Origin: Octopus sinensis
Lineage: Eukaryota
Assembly: GCF_006345805.1 (NCBI RefSeq)
Contig: NC_043001.1
Coordinates: 23,808,001 to 23,872,000, forward strand
Direction of reading: 5' to 3'
DNA length: 64,000 nucleotides
This document shows positions 53,102-64,000 of the stretch, one piece after another (positions within the stretch are counted from its first letter, which is position 1; every line of letters begins with the position of its first letter). Position numbers and translations under genes: made by a program. The notes under the pieces are model-generated. The model had not been told where the DNA came from, did no database searches, and was given only the letters and a program-made list of their open reading frames with translations.

Positions 53102-54042
53102 TATATATGTATATGTATATGTATAGATATGTATATGTATAGATATGTATATATATATGTATATAATATATATATGTAATACATATATATATGTATGTAT
53201 ATATATGTAAATACGAGCATACATTCGTACACATGCATATACCCTCAAATTCATATATGGACGCCTACACAGAAGGTGGTAATATATTTTCTATACACCT
53301 TAGTCTATTTATAGATTGCTGTAGGTGGTCTGGATTCACAGACTTCAGTATTTTTATAGCTTTATGAAATCGTAATTGTTAAAACGACACTTTTATTTTA
53401 ACTATTTCCTTAATTGTAGTTTCAGGTGCGACAATTATCAGCTTGTCTAGTGCGTGAGCGCACACACGCACACACACACACGCGCGCGCGCACGCACGGA
53501 CACGCACTCGTACACTCGCACATACACACACATGCATATGTCTTCACAGAAATTTCTTTAACTGTATGTGTATCTTGTTCTTATTTACGATATTTATCTC
53601 TTCCATATTTTATTTTCATGGACGTCACATCTTCCGTCTTCTTTCCACAAAGTATCAGCTGTCGGTATATATGATTCTCGTCTTACCATATACATTGAAT
53701 ATATATACATACGTAGATGTAGACGTGTGTATGTGTGTGTGTGTGTTGTGTGTGTGTGTGAGTGTGTGTGTATTATATGTATATATTTATATATGTATAG
53801 ATATGTATGCTTGTATTTATATATATATGTATATACAAACATGCATACATACACACACACACACACATATATATATATGTATGTATATAAATATATATAT
53901 ATATAAATATATATATATGTATATAAATATATATATATATATATGTATATAAATATATATAATGGCGGTGCCCCAGCATGGCCACAGCTCATGAGCTGAA
54001 ACTAAAAAATCAAAAAAAAAAATATGTATATATATATGTATA

Positions 54043-54227
54043 TTCTTTTATTTGTTTCAGTCATTTGACTGCGGACATGCTGGAGCACGTCTTTAGTCGA
54101 GCAAATCGACTCCAGGACTTATTCTTTGTAAGCCTAGTACTTATTCTATCAGTTTTCTTTTGGTGAACCGCTAAGTTACGGGGACGTAAACACACCAACA
54201 TAGCCTGTCAAGCGATAATGAGGGACA

Positions 54228-54279
<52 letters not shown>

Positions 54280-54458
54280 CACACACTTATGTATACGACG
54301 GGCTTCTTTCAGTTTCCTTCTACCAAATCTACTCACACGGTTTTGGTCGGCCCGAGATTATAGTAGAAGACACTTGCCCATGGTGCCAAGCAGTTGGACT
54401 GAACCCGGGACCATGTGGTTCGTAAACAATCTGCTTACCACACAGCCACTCTTGCGCC
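54043..54458 (-). mobile_element. SINE family B
   Basis: Consensus match. Confidence 0.85.
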
Positions 54459-54576
54459 TTGCCTGTGGGATGTGGATAGTTTTGCGTGTGTGTGTATATA
54501 TAATATACTATATATTATATATATACATACATACATATATATATATACACACAACACACACCACACACACACACAC

Positions 54577-54634
<58 letters not shown>

Positions 54635-54660
54635 ACATATATATATATATATAATATATA

Positions 54661-54705
<45 letters not shown>

Positions 54706-54984
54706 GTATATGTAATAAGCAGTGAAGTGTAGAAATAGAATTTTGTTACCAGTTCAAATATGTATTCGAACCCGTAAGAAAACCATTCACTGTATTTTGT
54801 CATGGAGAAAATTTCTTGCTGTAGATAAATAGGTGTAAACATACCAAGTCAGTTGAAAGGTGTCCCTACCTAGATTTATGGCTGCATGCATTTCGGAGTA
54901 GTTATCTCCTCTTCGGCATAAAACAACACTACACACGTGTGAATATGTATGTCACTGGTTGGAAATTGTCGTACACATTACGTC

Positions 54985-55256
54985 TAATTCAGAAGCAAGC
55001 TCTCGAACAGTTGTGCATGGATTGGCTTCGACTAAGGCTTTTAGTTGATCGTTGTCAACATACGATGGCCGACCACTACGCCTATCATCTTCAAGACTCT
55101 CGTCACCGCTACGAAATTTCTTGAATCACCATTGTGCTGTACGTTCATTAGTGGTTCCTGGGCCAAATGCATCGTTGATATCGTGAGCTGTTTCAGCAGT
55201 TTTCGGCTTAGCTTGAGCTCGAATAAGAAAATTGTGCGAGTCTGCTTTTTGTCCAT
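54985..55256 (-). pseudogene. Hsmar1/cecropia-like mariner N-terminal remnant
   Basis: MDKKQTRTIFLFELKLSRK, then a frameshift, then INDAFGPGTTNERTAQWWFKKFRSGDESLEDD..SGRPS.VDNDQLKALVEANP. Confidence 0.85.
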
Positions 55257-55462
55257 GTTGTATTCAACGTACCGAAAAAAAAAAAAATGGCCGAATTATT
55301 CAAAATGAAAAGAGTAACACAATTAGATAGAGCGAAAAACGGGCTTTAAAATGATATATAAAGTCAAAGTAATTTAACGAAAATTAATTGAAAATACATC
55401 ATTAAAGCCAAAATTAAAACTTCCACAAGAACTTTCTTGACAATCTCATATATATATGTGTG

Positions 55463-55539
<77 letters not shown>

Positions 55540-55541
55540 CG

Positions 55542-55580
<39 letters not shown>

Positions 55581-55583
<3 letters not shown>

Positions 55584-55939
55584 TTTACATTATTTACATT
55601 TGACGTATATTTGTCCTCATCTTTGTTGTTAATACAACGTTTCGGCTGATATACCCTCCAGCCTTCAGCAGGTGTCTTGGAGAAATTTCGAACCTGCGTT
55701 CTCATTCCTAAGGTATTCTCCGATGTTATTATTATTATTATTATTATTATCAAAATTCAGGTCACCGCTTGGAATCGAACTCGGAATCTTGGGGTTAGTA
55801 GCCCGCGCTCTTAACCACTACGCCATATGCCCACGGGCATATGGCGTATCAACAAACAAGGTGAGGACAAATATCCGTCAAATGCAAATGTAAATAACGT
55901 AAATAATGTAAATAATTCCTCATCTCTTAAATGTAGAAC
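55581..55939 (-). mobile_element. tRNA-headed element with HHR-like motif and head-to-head inverted partial copy
   Basis: tRNA-like head 55760-55832 (A-box tggcgtagtgg, B-box gagttcgattcc). HHR-like gacac-CTGCTGA-a-ggctg..cagcc-GAAACGTT-gtatt at 55631-55676. Palindrome 55819-55848. Confidence 0.7.
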
Positions 55940-57592
55940 ACGTTTGTAATTCTTAAACAAAAATATAGATAGTGACTTCAAAGTTTCGGCCAGTCAAACC
56001 ACCGACATTAAGCCATATGTATATATGAACGTATGTGTGTGGGCATATATATATATATATATATATTTATATATGCTTGTGTATATGTGTGAAGATGCGT
56101 GTATATCAGTGAAGATGAGTGGATGTAATACGCATAGCTAACTGCATACGTATGTCTAATACATACATAATACATACATACACACATACATATATGTATA
56201 TATGTATATATGGACATATGTACAGAGAGAGAGAAAGAGAGAAAGAGAGAGAGAGAGCGATCTATGAGAGATGAGAGGGAGAGAGAGAGTGCGGGAGAAA
56301 GAGCGTGATAGCGAGAGAGATCTATGTTCATATAAGTGTTCATTTACGTATGTGTTCTTTGTGTGTATGTGTGTGCGTTTGTGTGTGCGTGCACGCTTAT
56401 GTGTGCTAGTACGAAAGTAAAGTGTATTGAAGAATGTTCTTGCCTGTGGAATGGGGATAGTTTTGTAAGGTCTGTACAAAAGTGCCTGCAAAAGCTGTAA
56501 TTAGGGCAGCGTATTCTATATAGCGCATATTACATTATCTGTTACAAGTACGTAGCTCTGATATCAATCCTTGAGATTTTTCTCAAGTTTCACCTACATG
56601 CTCGATACTCACCATACTTCAGTATGGTACAAGTTATTTTAATTAAGTCAAAGCCACTTGTAAATACTAATTTTATCTCCAGCGCAGAATTTTTTGAATT
56701 TCTCAGGAATAAAATTCGATATTAAAACTAAAAGTTGAACTGTTCCAATAAAAAAAATACAACTTCAATAACTGAGAAGAAAAGTGAAACGCATGTGAGC
56801 AGATTCGCTAGTCTGAAAGACAAGCAGCCCAAAAGCTGAAGATTGGAATCATTCCGTTGGCGTCGTACAATGTCTATGGCAAAGACAATTCTCGGTAATC
56901 CAGAACATTTAACTCTGAATAGCTTCTTTGAAGTAAATATAGTTATCAGTTGTTTTGTTAGCATGAAGTGATGAGGTCGTTATAAAATAAGAAATAAGTC
57001 TATACTCTTGAACATTTTCATTCGAGGAACCTGCACATGGTCAAAAGTGATCTTTGGAATTCTGAAGAAGTCATTTGATTGAAACTTCTTTCCAAACTGT
57101 ACAATTTTTTGTCAGCGAACAGAAAGCAATTTCGAACGAGGAAAATTTCGACACCATATCAATATCAATAAAGCTGAAATGCGAAAAAGTTGTTTGATTT
57201 CTTGGTTATCTCTCACATTTTGGGATGGGAACGGTTTTGGTAGATAGGGTCGGATTGACGCCAAAATTTACAGTGGAGGGTAAAATGGGATGGACAATGG
57301 TGTGAGAAGGGTTGCAAGTCGCTCGGGGCTACCGTTTGGTTGCCATGGTGAGGAATATGGGAAAAATTGAGTTTTATGGAATAGACAGGTTGCGCTGTTT
57401 GAATAATGGTGGTGTTTCGTGTTGCTGCAGGGGCTAGAGGCGGTTATCTTTAATTGTGGCTGTAAAACTTTGGGGGATTTTGGAAAAGGGGGTGGGTAAA
57501 GAAGAGGGCAATAAAAAGAACCATGCAAAGAAGACGAACAAAAGAAGAAAGGGAAAAGGAGACAACACGCACAAAACAACACCACCACCAAA

Positions 57593-57623
57593 ACCCGAGC
57601 GAATCACGGGTCAAAATAGCTAG
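57593..57623 (+). mobile_element. Helitron-like 3' terminus
   Basis: acccg..cgggt hairpin then agCTAG|T; 5' end not defined. Confidence 0.55.
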
Positions 57624-57820
57624 TCTAAACGTGAAATTCTGCCTGTCTGTTCCGGACTCCTGTATCTCAATCTACATTTGCTCTACGTAGACATATTATA
57701 CATTTTTGGAATCAGGATGATCCCGGGATTGAAAATCTGCCCTTCATTTGATTCTTGAACATGCAGCATTAGGATCAGGTCTGGACGAGGACATGTTATA
57801 TGCTAACAGTTGAAAAGTTT

Positions 57821-58054
57821 AAGGCGGCCAGCTGGCAGAAACGTTAGCGCGCCGGGCGAAATGCTTAGCGGTATTTCGTCTGTCGTTACGTTGTGAGTTC
57901 AAATTCCGCTGAGGTCGATTTTGCCTTTCATCCTTTCGGAGTCGATAAATTAAGTACCAGTTACGCACTGGGGTCGATGTAATCGACTTAATCCCTTTGT
58001 CTGTCCTAGTTTGTCCCTTCTATGTTTGGCCCGTTGTGGGTAGTAAAGAAATAA
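57821..58054 (+). mobile_element. SINE family A
   Basis: Consensus match; flanking duplication aacagttgaaaa. Confidence 0.88.
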
Positions 58055-58288
58055 GAAACAGTTGAAAATTCAAATTCTAAAAGAAATTTTAAATTAGTAC
58101 CTTATTGGTAGGATACCAATATGGTATTTATTATTATTTCTCCGTTTAGTTTTGGGCTAGCTTAAAGTACGCACGATGTGCAGCTTTTAAGCTAGTGATA
58201 AATAAATGTGTAAATGAAGATGACGGTCCCTGTGCGTTTCTGAGTGGCTTAGTTATGTCTTCCACTCTGCAGTTACTTCTTTCCAAGT

Positions 58289-58665
58289 GGAGGCGCAATG
58301 GCCCAGTGGTTAGGGCAGCGGACTCGCGGTCGTAGGATCGCGATTTCGATTCCCAGACCGGGCGTTGTGAGTGTTTATTGAGCGAAAACACCTAAAGCTC
58401 CACGAGGCTCCGGCAGGGGATGGTGGTGATCCCTGCTGTACTCTTTCACCACAACTTTCTCTCACTCTTACTTCCTGTTTCTGTTGTACCTGTATTTCAA
58501 AGGGCCGGCCTTGTCACTCTCTGTGTCACGCTGAATATCCCCGAGAACTACGTTAAGGGTACACGTGTCTGTGGAGTGGTCAGCCACTTACACGTTAATT
58601 TCACGAGCAGGCTGTTCCGTTGATCGGATCAACCGGAACCCTCATCGTCGTAACCGACGGAGTGC
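58289..58665 (+). mobile_element. SINE family C
   Basis: Full length; TSD acttctttccaa. Confidence 0.9.
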
Positions 58666-58711
58666 TTCCCACTTCTTTCCAAACGCTACATCTTCATATA
58701 TTCATATATAT

Positions 58712-59084
58712 TCTTTTACTTCTTTCAGTCATTTGATTGCGGACATGCTGGAGCACTGCTTTAGTCGAGTAAATCAACCCCAGGACTTATTCTTTGTAGA
58801 CCTTAATACTTATTCTATTGGTATCTAAGTTACGGGTAAGTAAACACCAGCATCGGTTGTCAAGCGATGTTGGGGTGAGAAATAGACACACAAACATATA
58901 CACACACATACATATGTATACATGACGGGCTTCTTTCAGTTTCCGTCTACCAGATCCACTCACAAGGCCTTGGTCGGCCCGAGGTTATAGTAGAAGACAC
59001 TTGCCCAAGGTGTCACGCAGTGGGACTGAACCTGGGACCATGTGGTTGGTAAGCAAGCTACTTACCACACAGCCACGCCTGCGT
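58712..59084 (-). mobile_element. SINE family B
   Basis: Consensus match. Confidence 0.85.
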
Positions 59085-59085
59085 C

Positions 59086-59117
<32 letters not shown>

Positions 59118-59129
59118 TGTATGTATATA

Positions 59130-60122
59130 CTACCTGAATGACTCGGCGTTGCCAGGATGTTCTCATTCAGATTAGTAAACAATAAATATAAAGATATTTT
59201 CTCATAATTATTTCAAAATATCTATATTCTATTAAAAAATATCCAAATTGTAATGGTTATAGAATTTCGAACATAGAGTTGGCCGTGAGAGAAGCATGTA
59301 TTAGAGAGATCAAGTCCAACTATCTTGAGAGATTAACCCTGAGATATGTTAATTGAAATACCAAAATTTAGTTTGATTGGAAACTGAAGCGTCTTAAATT
59401 CAAATGGAACATCTGTAGATATGAGTGGAATTTTTGGAATAAAGAAATTTTCTCCTTTGTGACTACCTGTTATGATTGTTGCCTGTAGGACATGGGCTTT
59501 CATGGAAGTAACAATTAAGGGAATTCCATTACGCAGGTGAGGTTCCTAAGCAGCATAACGAGAGCACCCAGTTTTAGTGTCAAATTATGCAGTGGCATCC
59601 CAGAGGGTTTGAGTGTGTTCAGAAATTCAACAGGGTATTGAACAACCTGATCTTGATTGACTGTTGTCAGTTAATCGAAAAGTCATTTCTGATGTATCTT
59701 TTAATTTCTGAAGAAGTTCATGATTGAATTTATCAACCATTTTAGTCGTTGGAGCCAGTGTAGCTCTTTCACCTGGCCAGTTTATATGGCCAGGTGAAAG
59801 AGCTACATTAGATAAATTAGGAAATACTTTATCCATTAGATCCTTAAGAGAAAGTATCAATTGATCGCGTGTAATTTCATGTAACTGAAGTCGTGAGTTG
59901 AATTTTTTCTTTTTTTCTTTTTCTTTTACTTGTTTCAGTCATTTAACTGCGGCCATGCTGGAGCACCACCTTTAGTCGAGCAAATCGACCCCGGGACTTA
60001 TTCTTTGTAAGCCAAGTACTTATTCTATCAGTCTCTTTTTGCCGAACCGCTAAGTGATGGGGACGTAAACACACCAGCATCGGTTGTCAAGCAATAATAG
60101 GGGGACAAACACAGACACACAA

Positions 60123-60175
<53 letters not shown>

Positions 60176-60800
60176 CATATATACGACGGGCTTCTTTCAG
60201 TTTACGTCTACCAAATCCACTCACAAGGCATTGGTCGATCCGGGGCTATAGCAGAAGACACTTGCCCAAGGTGCCACGCAGTGGGACTGAACCCGGAACG
60301 ATGTGGTTGGTTAGCAAGCTACTTACCACACAGCCACTCCTGCGCCTATCTTAATATTCAATTACCAATCTTAAGAAGCTCGTATGATCACCTTGTAGAA
60401 ATACTCTCATGCTGCTTGTAAAATGAAGCTTTTTTACAAGTCCCCGAAGGTACAGTTTTTGTAAGTATTCATTGACCTCATCAGCTTTTGATCCTTTGGG
60501 GATAACTGGCAACCTTTGACGAAAATCTCCTGCAAGAAGAACTGTTATTCCTCACATGAGCGTGCTATTGTTTTTTATGTCTTGGAGGGTACGGTCAAGT
60601 GCCGCTAGAGCACCACGATGTGATATAGTGCACTCATCCCAGACAACGAGGCAAGTTTGTTGGAGATCTGTTGCCATTGCAGAATCTTTGGAAATGTTGC
60701 ACATTTGAGATTCTTTCATTGTAAGGTTTAGAAGGAGCTTGAACATGGAATGAACAGTTCTTCCCCCAATGGTGAAAGTAGCTGCAACACCAGAAGATGC
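59130..60800 (-). pseudogene. Helitron Rep/Hel PIF1-helicase remnant with 3' end
   Basis: ASSGVAAT..GGRTVHSMFKL, VWDECTI, LDRTLQDI, LLAGDFRQRLPVIP, ERATLAP, YPVEFLNTL.PSGMP.H.L.LK.G..VMLLRN, QFPIKL, FSHGQLYV. Degenerate hairpin+CTAG end near 59130. Confidence 0.9.
59921..60347 (-). mobile_element. SINE family B inserted in the Helitron helicase
   Basis: Consensus match; interrupts the PIF1 motifs. Confidence 0.88.
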
Positions 60801-61624
60801 AACACACACACATACACACACACACAAACACACACACACATACACACACACACATACACACACACATACACACACAAACACAAACAAACATATATGTATG
60901 CATGTATGTATGCATGTGTGTATTATACACACATACATGTAGGAGGTTTGTACTGTATGTAATGCAAAAATTGGCATAACTTTCTTTACAAACACGGGTC
61001 GTTCAAATTGCATGTATTGGTAGATTAACTCTTTCTCTAGAGTAAATTTTCTTTTTTCTTTTCTATTGCAGGTGAATAATAGGTTCTAAGTAGAAGCAAC
61101 GATGCCATCATTGAATTCTTGACAAAATAAGGTTACAAGACGTTTCGCATCTACTTGAAGGCTCCAGATTGTTTCCAAAAGCAATGTGCAGAGATAGATG
61201 AAGTTTAAAGTAATAGAAACCAACATTGAAGACAAACTACACAATCATCATCATCATTGTTCGACCGTGGTCGAGACAATGGAATTGTAAATTCCATAGT
61301 CTTTTCAAATGGCTAATGTGTGCACGCGCCACTACTACACACATTGGAAAGCATTGTACAACCAAGTACTAAAGAAGATCTTTCCTCCTCCATGAAACAA
61401 AGCTGTTCCCGCCGGACGTCAACCCAGTATTTCTAAGCTACGGACCGAGTGATTTATTGTAAGGTTATCTCCCTAGATAGATTGCCTTCACTACGGCTAA
61501 GGAGCCCTTTCTACCCCACAATGGAAGACCATCAGCTGTGATCTCGCGGGCAGACCAGTCACAATCTGTGGGCTTGCTGCACAACTAGTCTCTGGTCACA
61601 AAACCTTACAGATGGCAGGTGAAG

Positions 61625-62306
61625 ATTTTCGGTATCAAAAAATGTGTGCAAATTGGGTGCCTCAGTGTTTGACACCCGATTTGAAGGAGGAAGTTTTGCT
61701 CACCTATTCAAATCTGTCGGTAGTGATTGAAGGTAACGAAGATATGTTTCTTTCCTACCTTATAGAGGATGAAAGACGGATGTATCTATATAATTCGGGA
61801 ACGAAAGCTCATTTGATGAAATGGTGTCAGACTTGTTCTCCAAGACATACAAGAAGTTCAAGAGACAGCAATCGGCACAGAAGCCATAATAACAAAGGCA
61901 TCATTCGTCTTGATTTTCGGGAAAATGACTATACCGTGATCAACGAGCGATACACTAAGAAACTTAAAAAAGCCATTAAGAAGAAGAGAACGAACAATAA
62001 CCTGTAAATCATTCACATCCATGACCACATTGTGTCGTCTATGGCAACAAATCAAGCAATCAGAAAATGTACTGGTCAGTGATCCGTTATACGCACATGC
62101 CGGATCTGGCGTCCTTCTACTCCCGTCTGTTCGGTTCAATAAAGGACAAATTTTGGGGGACAAATATTTGATGACACAAAAGAATTGAACGTGGTTGTGA
62201 AGAAGTAGGTGCAACAGTGCGCGCCTGAATTTTTCAAAGAGGATTCAAGAAGATGTTTCAATGATAGCAAAAATGCATCGCTTGAGGTGAAGACCATGTT
62301 GAATAG
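61625..62306 (+). pseudogene. mariner transposase remnant
   Basis: YQKMCANWVPQCLT, YLYNSGTK..MKW, a PDLAPS-like segment and a C-terminal EFF..KCI..GDHVE-like end. Confidence 0.8.
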
Positions 62307-63254
62307 TGCCTTTTTTATTGAAGAAGATTTACTCTACCACTATGTGCTATTTGAGCGGCCTTTGTCTCTTAAAAAGAAATATATTCCCACTTTTGCATTA
62401 CTTTCGGTATAACCTTTACGCATATGTGTGTGCTCGCGAGCGCATGTGTATGTGTGAGTGTTACAAGATCGCGTGTCTTATAAAATCGGCTTCGTGAATA
62501 CCTGTTGTAAAAGAAATAAAAAACAAACTAATCAGGTACAAATTTAATCTCTGGAATCTCCCGGTATAAAACTTGTTAGCAGAAGAATCAGAGACATCCA
62601 ATATTATAGAGAATATAAAAACGCAATTCAGTTTCAGAGCTGTTCGTGTTAGTACAATATTGCTATCCGCTTCCTCTTTATGCACTCCGTTTCTTGGAAC
62701 CCTGTCCCATATAACAGAACATTCAATAGATCATTCTGACCGTTCTTCTCAATCTACCTTGCTATAAATTCGTCTTATGAGCAGTCACAGTTTAGATCCA
62801 ATCAATAATAATATTGTGTTTCGTTAGTTTAGGTGCTGAGCTCAATTCTTCCGCTGATGTGACATGATGGTTAAATGGGTAAAGTACTGGACGGTCAGCC
62901 GGTTGTTATTTTGATTCTAATTTCATCGAAGGTATTTTACTGTGTATTTATTTAGTCAGTGCACGTAATTCTATATTTATCAGTTCTCTGGATGCACATC
63001 CATAACCATACGTGCATACATACATAAATACAAATGACATACAAGTGTATACGTGTATCAAACACACACACACAAACATACACGTATATGTATAAATATG
63101 TATGTACGTACGTACCTACGTTCGTACGTATGTATGTATGTATGAATGCATGCATGCATGTATGTATGTATGTATGTATGTATGTATGCATGCATGCGGA
63201 AAATTAATATAGACAGCAGTTTGAAATGTTTTACCAAAAACGTAAACTATATAA

Positions 63255-63963
63255 CGTAAGGGGTATTAGCCAGCTGAATGTGGCTAGCCACTGGGGGGGG
63301 GGTTACTGATGCTTTTAGCCCCAGGCGATCAACGTCACCAGAAGGACTTTAGACACTATCTCAGTGTCCTTGTGTTATTTGCAAAGGGAGGTCATCCTCC
63401 CTCGAAGACCCGAGTACTACATACGGACTATAGTTTCAAGGTAATTGCCTCTCGTCAACGCATGGTAAGCACCGGTCTTCGATGAAGGAGTCCCCTTGCA
63501 AATAATATATAATGTTTTTCACAGTAACCACTGTCACTGATGTAGAAAAACTGTCTGAAAACAATAATAAATCTCTGAACGAGATATAAACAGTAACCGC
63601 TCGACAACGTAAGGGGTATTAGCCATCTGAATGTGGCTAGCCACTGGGGGTGGGAGGTGGGGTGTTACTGATGCTTTTAGCCCCAGGCGATCAACGTCAC
63701 CAGAAGGACTTTAGACAGTATCTCAGTGTCCTTGTGTTATAGTCCGTATGTAGTACTCGGGTCTTCGAGGTAGGATGACCTCCCTTTGCAAATAACACAA
63801 GGACACTGAGATAGTGTCTAAAGTCCTTCTGGTGACGTTGATCGCCTGGGGCTAAAAGCATCAGTAACACCCCCCCCCCCAGTGGCTAGCCACATTCAGA
63901 TGGCTAATACCCCTTACGTTGTCGAGCGGTTACTGTTTATATCTCGTTCAGAGATCTATTATT
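63255..63963 (-). mobile_element. retrozyme/Penelope-like non-autonomous element: about 1.4 tandem 353-nt units plus an inverted segment
   Basis: Unit starts at 63253 and 63606. Inverted segment 63738-63963. Direct flank gtaaactatataa at 63242-63254 and 63964-63976. Confidence 0.85.
63421..63463 (-). ncRNA. type I hammerhead ribozyme motif
   Basis: atgcg-TTGACGA-gagg(caatta)cctt-GAAAC(tata)GTC-cgtat: all three stems pair, GUC triplet, U3 core variant, palindromic stem III. Confidence 0.75.
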
Positions 63964-64000
63964 GTAAACTATATAATTGTAACTAAATGTGACTAAGTTG

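Noticed and set aside
55760-55832. tRNA gene call
   Set aside because: The acceptor stem is mismatched and the sequence is embedded in a repeat, so it is treated as a SINE-type head.
385-63191. Many 60-200-aa ORFs rich in YI, HT, VC or MYVC, and recurring ORFs such as MFIERKHLK.. and ..DPERMKGKVDLGGI
   Set aside because: They are translations of microsatellites and SINE consensus sequence, with no coding evidence.

Overview
Eukaryotic, AT-rich, repeat-saturated non-coding DNA. The SINE families and the (TA)n/(TACA)n/(CA)n microsatellite load suggest a coleoid cephalopod, probably Octopus (inference). No intact protein-coding gene is supportable, and most ORF-track entries are translations of microsatellites or SINEs. 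The window holds about 35 tRNA-derived SINE copies from four families. It also holds decayed Tc1/mariner, Merlin, Helitron (PIF1), RTE and Dong/R4 fragments, several MITEs and a probable solo LTR. The most notable signal is a set of short non-coding insertions from several mutually dissimilar families that carry type I hammerhead-ribozyme (HHR) motifs with palindromic stem III. They occur as tandem and/or fold-back copies, mostly in (TA)n tracts. The best cases are a TSD-flanked 353-nt-unit element at 63.2-64.0 kb, a 472-bp near-perfect palindrome at 16.8-17.2 kb, and a tRNA-headed HHR-like element at 55.6-55.9 kb. This architecture fits non-autonomous Penelope-like/retrozyme-type elements. 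All motifs were read by eye and self-cleavage is untested.
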